Shown here in pieces: positions 37,868 to 50,517 of a stretch of DNA of 64,000 nucleotides. Source of the DNA: Mobula hypostoma. Its lineage: Eukaryota. The notes beneath the pieces are model-generated. The model saw nothing but the letters and a program-made list of their open reading frames with translations. It ran no database searches and was not told the origin of the DNA. The position numbers and the translations under genes are program-made. The stretch lies in NCBI RefSeq assembly GCF_963921235.1, contig NC_086100.1, positions 204,788,001 through 204,852,000 on the forward strand, written 5' to 3'. Positions within the stretch are counted from its first letter, which is position 1. Each line of letters opens with the position of its first letter.

Positions 37868-40034
37868 TTTAATTGGGGAAAGGCAAAATACGCGGCTATA
37901 AGACTAGAACTTGCGAGTGTGAATTGGGATGATGGTTTTGCAGGGAAATGTACTATGGACATGTGGTCGATGTTTAGAGATCTCCTGCGGGATGTAAGGG
38001 ATAAATTTGTCCCGGTGAGGAAGATAAAGAATGGTAGGGTGAAGGAACCATGGGTGACAAGTGAGGTGGAAAATCTAGTCAGGTGGAAGAAGGCAGCATA
38101 CATGAGGTTTAGGAAGCAAGGGTCAGATGGGTCTATTGAGGAATATAGGGAAGCAAGAAAGGAGCTTAAGAAAGGGCTGAGAAGAGCAAGAAGGGGGCAT
38201 GCGATGGCCTTGGCGAGTAGGGTAAAGGAAAACCCCAAGACATTCTTCAATTATGTGAAGAAAAAAAGGATGACAGGAATGAAGGTAGGACCGATTAGAG
38301 ATAAAGGTGGGAGATGCGCCTGGAGGCTGTGGAAGTGAACGAGGTCCTCAATGAATACTTCTCTTCGGTATTCACCAATGAGAGGGAACTTGATGATGGT
38401 GAGGACAATATGAGTGAGGTTGATGTTCTGGAGCATATTGATATTGATAAGGGAGAGGAGGTGTTGGAGTTGTTAAAATACATTAGGACATATATGTCCC
38501 CGGGGCCTGACGGAATATTCCCCAGGCTGCTCCACGAGACGAGAGAAGAGATGGCTGAGCTTCTGGCTAGGATCTTTATGCCCTCGTTGTCCACGGGAAT
38601 GGTACCGGAGGACTGGAGGGAGGCGAATGTTGTCCCCTTGTTCAAAAAAGGTAGTAGGGATAGTCCGGGTAATTATAGACCAGTGAGCCTTACGTCTGTG
38701 GTGGGAAAGCTGTTGGAAAAGATTCTTAGAGATAGGATCTATAGGCATTTAGAGAATCATGGTCTGATCAGGGACAGTCAGCATGGCTTTGTGAAGGGCA
38801 GATCGTGTCTAACAAGCCTGATAGAGTTCTTTGAGGAGGTGACCAGGCATATAGATGAGGGTAGTGCAGTGGATGTTATCTATATGGATTTTAGTAAGGC
38901 ATTTGACAAGGTTACACACGGTAGACACGGTAGACTTATTCAGAAACTCAGAAGGCATGGGATCCAGGGACGTTTGGCCAGGTGGATTCAGAATTGGCTT
39001 GCCTGCAGAAGGCAGAGGGTGGTGGTGGAGGGAGTATATTCTTTGGAGGAATGCGACTACTGGTGTCCCACAAGGATCTGTTCTGGGACCTGTACTTTTC
39101 GTGATTTTTATTAACGACCTGGATGTGGGGGTAGAAGGGTGGGTTGGCAAGTTTGAAGACGACACAAAGGTTGGTGGTGTTGTTGATAGTGTAGAGGATT
39201 GTCAAAGATTGCAGAGAGACATTGATAGGATGCAGAAGTGGGCTGAGAAGTGGCAGATGGAGTTCAATCCGGAGAAGTGTGAGGTGGTACAGTTTGGAAG
39301 GACAAACTCCAAGGCAGGGTACAAAGTAAATGGCAGGATACTTGGTAGTGTGACGGAGCAGAGGGATCTCGGGGTACATGTCCGCAGATCCCTGAAAGTT
39401 GCCTCACAGGTGGATAGGGTAGTTAGGAAAGTTTATGGGGTGTTAGCTTTCATAAATCGAGGGATAGAGTTTAAGAGTCGCGATGTAATGATGCAGCTAT
39501 ATAAAACTCTGTTTGGGCCACACTTGGAATACTGTGTCCAGTTTTGGTCACCTCACTATAGGAAGGATGTGGAAGCATAGGAAAGGGTACAGAGGAGATT
39601 TACCAGGATGCTGCCTGGTTTAGAAATAATGCATTATAATCAGAAATTAAGGGAGCTAGGGCTTTACTCTTTGGAGAGAAGGAGGATGAGAGGAGACATG
39701 ATAGAGGTGTACAAGATAATAAGAGGAATAGATAAAGTGGATAGCCAGCGCCTCTTCCCCAGGGCACCACTGCTCAATTCAAGAGGACAGGGCTTTATGG
39801 TAAGTGGTGGGAAGTTCAAGGGGGATATTAGAGGAAGGTGTTTTACTAGAGAGTGGTTGGTGCGTGGAATGCACTGCCTGCATCAGTGGTGGAGGCAGAT
39901 ACACTAGTGAAATTTAAGAGACTACTAGACAGGTATATAGAGAGATTTAAGGTGGGGGCTTATATGGGAGGCAGGGTTTGAGGGTCGGCACAACATTGTG
40001 GGCCGAAGGGCCTGTACTGTGCTGTACTATTCTA
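37868..40034 (+). mobile_element. 5'-truncated CR1 (family A)
   Basis: ORFs 37919..39907 with [22 protein letters not shown]; 3' end TACTGTGCTGTACTATTCTAT. Confidence 0.92.
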
Positions 40035-40209
40035 TATATCTGAACAACCCTTGATACTTGATATTATTGGCTCACTTACCTTATTTTTTTCATCTTGTTC
40101 CTCCTCTGTGAATTTTTAGTTGTTTCCTGTTGGTTATGTTAAAGCTTTCCAATCCTCTAACTTCCCACTGTTTTCTTGCTATATTATATGATCCCGCTTT
40201 TGCTTTTAT

Positions 40210-40450
40210 CAAAAACAGAAGAAAATCTGTGGATGCTGGAAATCCAAGCAACACATACACAATACGCTGGACGAACCTCGGAGGCCAGGCAGCATATATG
40301 GGAAAGAGTAAACAGTCGATGGTTTCGGCAGAGGCCCTTGATCAGGACTGGGGAAAAAATGATGACACTTCAGAGGAAGAAGTGTGGGGGTGAAAAGGGT
40401 GGTGGAAGTGGTAGGTGATAGGTCAAACTGGGAGAGGGGGAGTTGTGAAG
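40210..40450 (-). mobile_element. Penelope pLTR fragment with mutated hammerhead (CUGAUCA)
   Basis: Similar to 60150-60545. Confidence 0.7.
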
Positions 40451-40459
40451 GAAAAAACT

Positions 40460-41660
40460 TCTTAGGATATAATTTCCTTAGCGATTCTTGAACGATCATT
40501 GCTGATGCCTCCACATCTCTTCAGCCGCCTCTTTCAGATCTCTGGGGTGTACACCATCTGATCCAAGTGACCTATTTACCTTCAGACCATCTCTATTTCC
40601 CAAGAACTTTCTCCCCAGTGACGTAACTTGACACATTCTGACCACTGACATCTGTGACTTCAATATTCTTGCCAGTGTCTTCGACAGATAAAAGTGATGT
40701 ACAATACTTATTCAGTTCAGCTGCCATCACCTTGCACCCCCACCCCATTACTACCTCTCCAGCATCATTTTTCAGTGGTCCGATATCCACTTCCGCCTCT
40801 CTTTTACAGTGTATGTACCTGAAGAAAAATTTGGTATCCTCTTTAATATTACTAGCTGGCTCACCGTTGTATTCCAATTTTTCCTTCTTAATCATTTTTT
40901 TTTGCGTTCTGTTGGTTGTTATAAGCTTCCTAATCCTCTAACTTCCGAGTAATTTTTGTTCTATGCCCTCTCTTTGGTTTTTATGTTGTCTTTAGTTCTC
41001 TAATTAGCCTCGGCTTTGTCAGCTTACCTTTAGAATACTACTTCCTCTTTGTGATGTGTATATCCTGTGCGTTCCGAATTGCTTCTGGATATTCCAGCCA
41101 TTGCTTTTCTGCTTTCATCCCTGCCCGTGTTCTTTTCAAATCAATTTTAACCAATTTTTCTTTCATGCCTCTCTAATTCTCTTTATTTCACATCTGATTT
41201 TAGCTTCTCCTTCTCTAATGTCAGGGTGAATATGATCATATTAAGATCACTTGCCCCTAAGGTTTCTTTGAACTTAAGTGACCTAATCAGTTCAGGTTGA
41301 TTACAACAATCAATGCAGAATAGCTGATATCCAAGTGGGCTCGACCACGAGCTGCTCTAAAGAAGCATCTTGCAGGCACTCTGGGAATTCCTCCTCTTGA
41401 GAACAACACCATCCTAATTTTCCTAATCACCTGTAGGACAATCCCGTATGACCATTGTAATATTGCCCTTTTGGTACGCACTTTCTTTCTCCCACGGTAA
41501 CTTGTGGACCACATACTTACTACTGTTTGGAGGTCTCTATACAAATCCCATCGGGGATCTTTTTTTTTTACACTTCCTGTTCCTTAATTCTACACACAGA
41601 TTCTACACCTTCCAAACCTATGCCAACTCTTTCTAATGATTTTATTTAATATTTTACCAA
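40460..41660 (-). mobile_element. Old CR1 fragments
   Basis: NIKEDTKFFFRYI, GPLKNDAGEVVMG. Confidence 0.65.
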
Positions 41661-41699
41661 ATGAGACACACAACACAACTACCAGCTTGTTCTTGGCTT

Positions 41700-42915
41700 G
41701 CTGCTTCAAGAAGCATATAAGTATCTAGGAAACAAAAGGACCTGCAGATGCTAGAAACCTGGAGAACTACACACAAAGTGCTGGAGGAGATCATCATGTC
41801 AGGCAGCATCTATGCATTGGAATCAACATTTCTGGATAAGACCCTGCTTTGGGTACTCCTGATACCCACGTATTTGGAATATCAACAAGCTAAAAAAAAA
41901 AAATAATAGGAAGTAGTGCAAATTAGGGAAAACCTTTGACAAAATTTAGATCAAGGCTCAAAAAACCCCTTCCAAAGAGAGCTCAATAGTTAACAAATAC
42001 AACAAAGGCAATAAACATTTCCATCAATGCCAACATTGACTATTTTTAATAAAAATATCTTGGCCCCATTTCAATCAGTAAAATTTACAAAGATAAGTAA
42101 GAACGTTAGAAAACTTTGGAAGACTATTTACACTCAAACCCACTGACATTAACACTACCTTGCACAGAAGGAGGAAGAGAAATAACACACATGAAAGAAA
42201 ACACAACAGTCAGATAAAACTTTTAAGTATATATTTTCATCAAAAATTAACAGGATTCAGCACTCCATGTGTGTATACACAATCGTGTAAGAAATACAGA
42301 GTAGTAATCTTAAACGAGAGGCCAACTCAGAAAAATGAATCATCACTATGGAACAAAAAAAAACAGTGGAATGGGTATGATCCTCCATGGGAGACATCCC
42401 AACGATCTGAACAGACGAGATGGTGACAAGAAAGCATCGAGCACCTGACTGAGAGTTGGAGACCTCTTCCCAGAAACAGAGGAGGTCCTTGCAGAAATGC
42501 AGGACAAGGTGGTTAACTAAAGGGAAAAAAATCGAAAATACATGAAATACAAACAAACAAGGCAGTAAGTGCGGAAAATATCAAGAGAAACAAGACACAA
42601 TCCAACACATTCCAGGATCCTGTAGCAGTTTAACTCAATCTAATTACTTACACAGGTACAATCAAGTGGCAAATATCATTCACCAAAATCTTGCTTCAAA
42701 ATACAAACTCATGAATGCCCTCCATCACTTCATAAAGGCACCATAAATTCAAGCCTGATCCAGTTTTAGAGTCAAAATATTACAAATTATAAGATAATCA
42801 ATACATTATTTCAGATTGGACAATCCATAATAACCACCTGGACATAATATTACAGGATAAACAAGCAGGAACAACTCTTTCAATAGATAAAACCATTCCT
42901 GGCACACACATGTTC
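41700..42915 (+). mobile_element. R4/Dong-like (restriction-like endonuclease) non-LTR retrotransposon remnant, with a Penelope insert at about 41730-41865
   Basis: Broken frames give YKYLG, TKAIN, LTLPCTEGGR, GDLFPETE, KCGKYQEKQDTIQHIPGSC..YLHRYNQVANIIHQNLA and a degenerate PD..D region. Confidence 0.65.
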
Positions 42916-42992
42916 CTCGACCAGCGGAGCACCTCACCGCAGGTATTGTTTGAGTCATCAGTCAGGCAACCGAAAGATTTTCTCTGTCAATC

Positions 42993-44437
42993 ATCCCAGT
43001 TTGGCAAAAGAATAAATCAAGGAAGGTAGTGCACCCGTGGCTGACAAGGGAAATTAGGGATAGTATCAATTCCAAAGAAGAAGCATACAAATTAGCCAGA
43101 AAAAGTGGCTCACCTGAGGACTGGGAGAAATTCAGAGTACAGCAGAGGAGGACAAAAGGCTTAATTAGGAAGGGGAAAAAGATTATGAGAGAAAACTGGC
43201 AGGGAACGTAAAAACTGACTGTAAAAGCTTTTCTAGATATGTGAAAAGAAAAAGATTGGTTCAGACAAATGTAGGTCCCCTACAGACAGAAACAGGTGAA
43301 TTGATTACGGGGAGCAAGGACATGGCAGACCAATTGAATAATTACTTTGGTTCTGTCTTCACTAAGGAGGATATAAATAATCTTCTGGAAATAGTAGGGG
43401 ACAGAGGGTCCAGTGAGATAGAGGAACTGAAGGAAATACATGTTAGTAGGGAAGTGGTGTTAGGTAAATTGAAGGGATTAAAGGCAGATAAATCCCCAGG
43501 GCCAGATGGTCTGCATCCCAGAGTGCTTAAGGAAGTAGCCCAAGAAATAGTGGATGCATTAGTGATAATTTTTCAAAACTCTTTAGATTCTGGACTAGTT
43601 CCGGAGGATTAGAGGGTGGCTAATGTAACCCCACTTTTTAAAAAATGAGGGAGAGAGAAACCAGGGAATTATAGACTGGTTAACCTAACATCGGTGGTGG
43701 GGAAACTGCTAGAGTCAGTTATCAAAGATGTGATAACAGCACATTTGGAAAGCGGTGAAATCATCGGACAAAGTCAGCATGGATTTGTGAAAGGAAAATC
43801 ATGTCTGACGAATCTCATAGAATTTTTTGAGGATGTAACTAGTAGAGTGGATAGGGGAGAACCAGTGGATGTGGTATATTTGGATTTTCAAAAGGCTTTT
43901 GACAAGGTCCCACACAGGAGATTAGTGTGCAAACTTAAAGCACACGGTATTGGGGGTAAGGTATTGATGTGGATAGAGAATTGGTTGGCAGACAGGAAGC
44001 AAAGAGAGGGAATAAACGGGACCTTTTCAGAATGGCAGGCAGTGACTAGTGGGGTACCGCAAGGCTCAGTGCTGGGACCCCAGTTGTTTACAATATATAT
44101 TAATGACTTGGATGAGGGAATTAAATGCAGCATCTCCAAGTTTGCGGATGACACGAAGCTGGGCGGCAGTGTTAGCTGTGAGGAGGATGCTAAGAGGGTG
44201 CAGGGTGACTTGGATAGGTTAGGTGAGTGGGCAAATTCATGGCAGATGCAATTTAATGTGGATAAATGTGAAGATATCCACTTTGGTGGCAAAAACAGGA
44301 AAACAGATTATTATCTGAATGGTGGCCGATTAGGAAAAGGGGAGGTGCAACGAGACTTGGGTGTCATTATACACCAGTCATTGAAAGTGGGCATGCAGGT
44401 ACAGCAGGCGGTGAAAAAGGTTAATGGTATGCTGGCA
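42993..44437 (+). mobile_element. CR1 (family B), truncated at both ends
   Basis: Near-identical to 8325-9755; RT ORF 43694..44479. Confidence 0.92.
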
Positions 44438-44600
44438 CATATTGTGTACTGTTTGCTATTTCGGGGTACTGATCTGTAACAGGGGACACATCATGCAGCA
44501 TCCACCCAAACGAGTTTTCTTAAGTTTGGCCGGGCTGGGGGGGCGGGGGAGTGGCTATCACACACGCTATATTAAGCTGCTAGCCGAAGCGAAGGTTACA
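44438..44600 (+). mobile_element. LTR terminal fragment related to the LTR at 60663-61344
   Basis: Ends ...GGTTACA at 44600; shares GCCAAACTT...TTTG.GTGGATGCTG..TGATGT with 60730-60775 in opposite orientation. Confidence 0.6.
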
Positions 44601-44859
44601 TAAGGTTCGATGACTGATTGAATCGCTTCCCACAAACACAACAGGTGAACGGCCTCTTTCATGTGTGAACTCAGTGATGCACATTTCGTTGATTTGGCTG
44701 AAAGATTCCCTTCCCAAATTCTGAGCATGATATCGGCCTCCACTTAATGTGAACTCGCTGGTATCTCTGCAGGTGGGATGACTGAGTGAATCCTTTCCCA
44801 CAGTCTGAGCAGGTGAACGACCACTCCCCAGTGTGAACTCGCTGGTGTGCCAGTAGGGT

Positions 44860-47387
44860 TGTCACAAAAAAACTGTGGGTCAATTATTTAAGAAGAATAA
44901 CCAGATGGCTTGTGTCGCAAAAATTAATTGAGGTACTTTTATTTACCTCAAAACAAGACGAAACCTGGGAAAAAAAAACAATATATATATATATATAGCC
45001 ACCCTCAGACTGAACACCAAAGAAAACTAACCCCAAAGCCTTGGTAACCTGAGGCTTATAACTGCTAAACCCCTCGCCCTCGACCAACCAAAAGCTAATT
45101 AACTCAATTATCCAATTAAAGATGGTATCCTCCACCATCAGCACTCTGCAGGATGCTGCTGCCTCTATATGAGACAGCTCCATGCAGCAGCTCTGTTTCA
45201 GACCCAGTCACTATTACTGCTGGGGATGAGGGTTTTCCCGAGTGCGCCATGTGCTGTCCGTAGTCAGTGACGGGCCTTCGTCACATTACCACCCTCTTCT
45301 GCTGCAGCGGCAATGTTTGGCAGCCTTGACAGAAAGTCCGCTGTGATGTTCTCCTTGCCTGCTTTGTCCCGTACACAGAATCTGAAAGGTTGAAGTTCCA
45401 GGTACCACCCAGTCACCCTGGTATTCCGTTCCTTCATTGTCTGGATCCAGGTCAGGGCTCTGTGGTCTGTCCGGAGGTCAAACTCCCTCCCAAGAAGGTA
45501 GTACCTGAGGCTCTCCAACGCCCACTTGATTGCCAGACACTCCTTCTCGATTGTGGAGTACCGGGTTTCACAGGGCAGAAGTTTCCTGCTGAGGACGTTC
45601 CTCACCTGGCTCTCCCTGAGCCAGTACTGCCCCGATGCCTAAACCAGAGGCATCTACCTGCACCAGGAAGCGGCGTTCAAAGTCAGGAGTCTCCAACACA
45701 AGGGAAGAGCATAATTTCTCCTTCAGGCCCTGGAAAGCACTTTCACACTCCTCACTCAATTCCACAAGATTACGGGCCAACTTGCAAGGGAGGTTTGTCA
45801 ATGGGGCAGCCAGGGTTGAAAAGTGGGGGATGAACCGTCGGTACCACTCCACTAGGCCAAGAAAAGACCGGGCCTGGGTCTTGGTACGGGGCCTGGGGCT
45901 GTTCAGAATGGCCTCAACTTTATCCACCTGAGGCCGGACTTCTCCTCTCCCCAACTGATACCCCAGGTACCGGGCTTCCTGCCTGGCCCACTCGCATTTC
46001 TGCAGGTTGAGTGTAAGTTCTGCCGCATTGATTGCACCTAGAACTCGACGAAGGTGCTCCAGATGTTCCTCCCAGGTCAGGCTAAAAATGACCACATCAT
46101 CCAAATAGGGGGCACTGCAGTCCTCACAACCTTCTAGCACTCTGTCCATAAGCTTCTGGAATGTGCCTGGCGCACAATGTAAGCCAAAGGGTATTACCGT
46201 GAACTGAAAGAGGCCTACAGGGGTCCTGAATGCAGTGAGGGGCCGGGACCGGCTCTCCAGGGGGACCTGCCAATACCCCTTGCAGAGATCCAAGGTGGTC
46301 ATGTAGTTGGCTCTCCCAATCCTGTCCAGCAGGTGCTCAATCCGGGGCATCGGGTAGGCATCGAAAAATGAGATGGCATTCAGTTTCCTAAAGTCAATGC
46401 AAATGCAAAGGGTTCCAGCCTTCTTCGGCACAATGACAATAGGGCTACTCCACTCAATTTCAGACGGTTCGATGACTCCAAGCTCCAACATCAAGCGGAC
46501 CTCCTTCTTCAACGCCTTCACCAGACGTTCTGGCACTCGGTAGCATGCCTGCCGTACTGGACTGTGACCTGGTTTGACTCGAATGGAATGCTGCAACACA
46601 TCTGTATGGCCTGGTTTCTGTGTTGCTACATGAGGAGCAACAAGACCTTTTGACCTGGTTTGAGCTCACGTTGGCGTGATTGCTGGTCATACCACCGCTT
46701 CTGAGTCTTCTGGGCCTCCAGGAGGTTGAGTCTGGCCTCCTCTCTGTACCGTTCCAACCGGTCCGTCATCTGGAGGACATATTGTACAACATCTTGCCCC
46801 TCTACAGGATTAGCTGCTAACTTCTCCTCCCAGTTCTGTTTCGGCAGGTCCAGGGGCCCCTGGACTGGCCAATAATAGAGCACCTCGAAAGGGGAGAATC
46901 TGGTAGACGCCTGATGCACTTTCCTGTAGGCAAAGAGCAGAAAGGGTAACCACTTATCCCACCGCTGCCACCATACGTCACAAAAAAAACTGTGGGTCAA
47001 TTGATTAACCAGATGGCTGAGTCGCAAAAATAAATTGAGGTACTTTTATTTACCTCAAAACAAGACAAAAACTGGGAAAAAAACTATATATATATAGCCA
47101 CCCTCAGACTAAACACAAAAGAAAATTAACCCCAAAGCCTTGGTAACCTGAGGCTTATAACTGCTAAGCCCCTCCCCCTAGACCAACCAAAAGCTAATTA
47201 ACTCAATTATCCAATTAGAGATGGTATCCTCCACCATCAGCACACCTGTGCAGGTTGCTGTTGCCTCTATGTGAGACAGCTCCATACAGCAGCTCTGTTT
47301 CAGACCCAGTCACTATTACTGCTGAGGATGAGTGTTTTACCGAGTGCGCCATGTGCCGTCCGTAGTCAGTGACGGGTCTTCGTCACA
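44860..47387 (-). mobile_element. Gmr1-like Gypsy element with two LTRs, gag-PR-IN largely deleted
   Basis: LTRs 46976-47387 and 44860-45285; TSD AGGGT (44855-44859, 47388-47392); PPT AGAAGAGGGTGGTAA; integrase C-terminus precedes RT (YLDD) and RNase H. Confidence 0.95.
46956..46973 (-). promoter_or_regulatory. Primer binding site, tRNA-Leu type
   Basis: TGGTGGCAGCGGTGGGAT, 2 nt after the 5' LTR, complementary to the tRNA-Leu 3' end ATCCCACCGCTGCCACCA (from recall). Confidence 0.8.
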
Positions 47388-48549
47388 AGGGTGGATGACT
47401 GAGTGAATCCCTTCCCACAGTCTGAGCAGGTGAATGCCCTCTCCCTCGTGTGAACTCGCTGATGTTCGTTCAGTTGATATAATTCAGTGAATCCCTTCCC
47501 ACAGTCCGAGCAGGTGAATGCCCTCTCCCCTGTGTGAACTCGCTGATGTACCTTCAGTTCATATGATTCAGTGAATCCCTTCCTACAGTCTGAGCAGGTG
47601 AATTGCCACTCTCCGGTGTGAACTGACTGCTGTCTCAGTAACTGAGATGACAAAGTGAATAACATCCCACAGTCCGAGCAGGTGAACGGCCTCTCTCCAG
47701 CGTGAACTCTCTGATGTACATTCAGTTTCGATGACTGAGGGAATTCCTTCCCACAGTCTGAGCAGGTGAATGGCCTCTCTCCAGTGTGAACACGCTGGTG
47801 AGCCATTAGGTCAAATGACCGAGTGAATCCTTCCCAACAAATTCACCAGATGAACAGCCTCTGCCCAGTCTGAACTGACTGGTGTGTCCACAGGTGGGAA
47901 GACCGACTGGATCCATTCTCACACACGGAACGGGTGAATGGTCTTGCCCAGTGTGAACTTGCTGATGTACCTTCAGATGAAATGACGAACTGAATCCATT
48001 TCCACTGTCTGAGCAGATGTACGGCCTCTCCCCTGTGTAAAATGATAGGCGTGCCAGTCGATCAGATGATCGAGTGAATCCCTCCGCAAAGTCTGAGCAG
48101 GAAGGATGATCGACTGAATCCCTTGCTCCACTTCTTAAATATCTGGACAGAGACAGTAAAACTGGCGTGTTGTGTTCGAGATTCCCGTAGACAAATTCCT
48201 TGTCATTTGTAACCTGTAAAAAGATTTACAAAATCCACCAATGGGTGTACGACAACATTTCAGATGAGATTGAGTTGTCAAGCTGTGATCTGGCATCGCA
48301 CTGTTACAGTGAAGTTCAACCCAAGTTGGAGAGAGAAATCATCTTCTAACTGGTCACAGTGCTGGTATCTGGAATGACCATCAAATTCTCTGATGCTCTT
48401 CCTGTCTCGACATGAATGAGGCATTTCTTCCATCTCCAATCTGTGACCTGGCTCAGTTTGACTCTCTCCATTGGTATTATTCCCTGTTCCCAATAAGCTG
48501 CATGGGTCCCTGGCCCCACAGTAACTGAAACACTCTCACACAAATAGCC

Positions 48550-50222
48550 GGCAGTGCATTCCACTCACCCACCACCTCTTTGTAAAAAATTACCCCTGAC
48601 ATTCCCTCGGTTTCTATCTCCAAGCGCCTTAAAACTATGCTCCCTCGTGTTAGCCATTTCAGTCCTGGGAAGAAACCTCTGGTTTTCTACACAAGCAATG
48701 CCTCTCCTCATCTTATATATCTAAAATGGCTCTAAACACAAACAAGGAAAATTACATTGCTTTGAGGAATTTTTAGAAGTATACAAAATTATGAGGGTAT
48801 ACGGAGGGTAAATGCAAGCAACTTTCTCCACTGAGGTTGGGTGGGATGAGAAACAGAGACCGTGGGTAAGTGGGGAAGGTGAAAATTTAACGGGAAAGTT
48901 TGGAAAAGCTCTTTACTGAAATGGTCGTGAGAATGTGGAATGAGATGCCAGCACAAGTGGTGATCATGAGCTCGGTTTCAACATTTAAAAGAAGTTTGGA
49001 TGGGAGCCTGGATGGTAGGGGTATGGAGGGCGATGGTCCCTGTGCATGGAGTTGCATTAGACCGCTTAAATGTTTTTTCGGCATTGACTAGATGGGCCAA
49101 ATACCCTGTTTCCGTACTGAATTCCTCCATGTTTCTATGACAGAGAAGCTGGCCAAACTTGTTTGGAAGGGAAAACTGGTAGGAGTGACAATGGCTAGAA
49201 TTTCTGGGAGCAATTCAGGCGCTGAGTGATCGATACATCCCAAAGTGGAAGCATTGGTAAGGCAGGAGGACACAACCGTGGCTGAAAGGAGAAGCTAAAG
49301 CCAACATAAAAGCCAAAGAGAGGGCGAATAATGAGCGAAAACTATTGGGAAGCTTTTAGAAACCAACCGAAGACGACCAGCAGATGAAGTCAGGGCGTGG
49401 AATTATGATATTGTAGTCATTAATGAGTCTTGGTAGCACCCAACAGTCTGAAGCATTTAGAGGAACAGAATATCCCGGGCCTCAATATCTCTTCAAAACC
49501 AAGGTTCCCTGCACCAGTTACTTTTCAACTTATATTTTGGCAGGCACATAAAAACTATACACTCTCAAAATTTCACTTCTAAGTTCCTCCCATTTACCAA
49601 GTACTCCTTTGCCAGAAAATAGCCTGTCCGAAACCACACTTGTCAAATACATTCTGATACCATCAAAATTGACCTTTCTCCGATTTAGAATCTCAACTCG
49701 TGGTCCAGACCTCTTTTTTCCATATTTACTTGGAATCTCATGGCATTATGATCACCAGATACAAGGTGTTCCCATACACTAATCTCTGTCACCAGCCCTA
49801 GACCATTTCCTAACAGCTTATTGCACACTTCTACGTCAGGAATTCTACGAACTGCTTATGGGCACATTTGACAAACTTTACCCCATCTAGTAATTTTATA
49901 GTAATGGGGGTGGGGTCACAGTCAATATATGGAAAGTTAACATCATTTACTTAATCAACCTTTGTTTCTTGGCATGGTCTGCGATTTCTCTACAAATTTG
50001 TTCCTCTAAATCCCTCAGACTATTGGGTGAAAGCAAGTTCCAATAATGGCTACGATATCATAATTCCCTATGCTGATGTCATCTGACTTTCCAACGATGC
50101 TTCTTGCATTGTGATATATACAGCTCAGCATATTCAGCGCACCATGCTCAGCCATTTTTTGTTTTTTGCTGATTCTTTCTAACGTCTGACCGGTGTCAAG
50201 AAAACAAACTCTCCCTCATTGT
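48550..50222. mobile_element. CR1 mosaic paralogous (inverted) to 950-2590
   Basis: Same fragment order and junctions as copy 1. Confidence 0.8.
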
Positions 50223-50517
50223 AGGTAGGCCAAGGAAGATCGGGACTACCTAGGCATTACCTGAGGAGGAAGGTAAAACTGCGCAGGTGCGGGTGACGTC
50301 AGCGGCGAGCGCGGAGTTTAAAAAGAGGCCCACTTTCAGGTGCTGGCAGCGGAGTGCGCGGGAGCAGAGTGCTGGGCTTTAGCTCAGTGGGCTTCGGCGT
50401 AAGGGGGTCTTCGGTGAGAGGTAATCAGTGAGCCTGAGTACGTACCTGCTTGCTGAGGGAAAAAGGTAGGGTCGGTAGGTACTTTTTCATTTATTCTGAT
50501 TAATCTGGGATCAGGTA

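Larger units (their letters stand above)
44601..48213 (-). pseudogene. C2H2 zinc-finger gene copy 2, disrupted by LTR insertions (residual ORF 47806..47366 ends in the LTR)
   Basis: [13 protein letters not shown] start; four fingers (one lacking a His), then FTQSSTL|LTR|LAHQRVH; downstream fingers carry stops. Confidence 0.85.

Noticed and set aside
46956..46973. tRNA-Leu-like sequence
   Set aside because: Only the 3' 18 nt including CCA, next to an LTR: a primer binding site, not a tRNA gene
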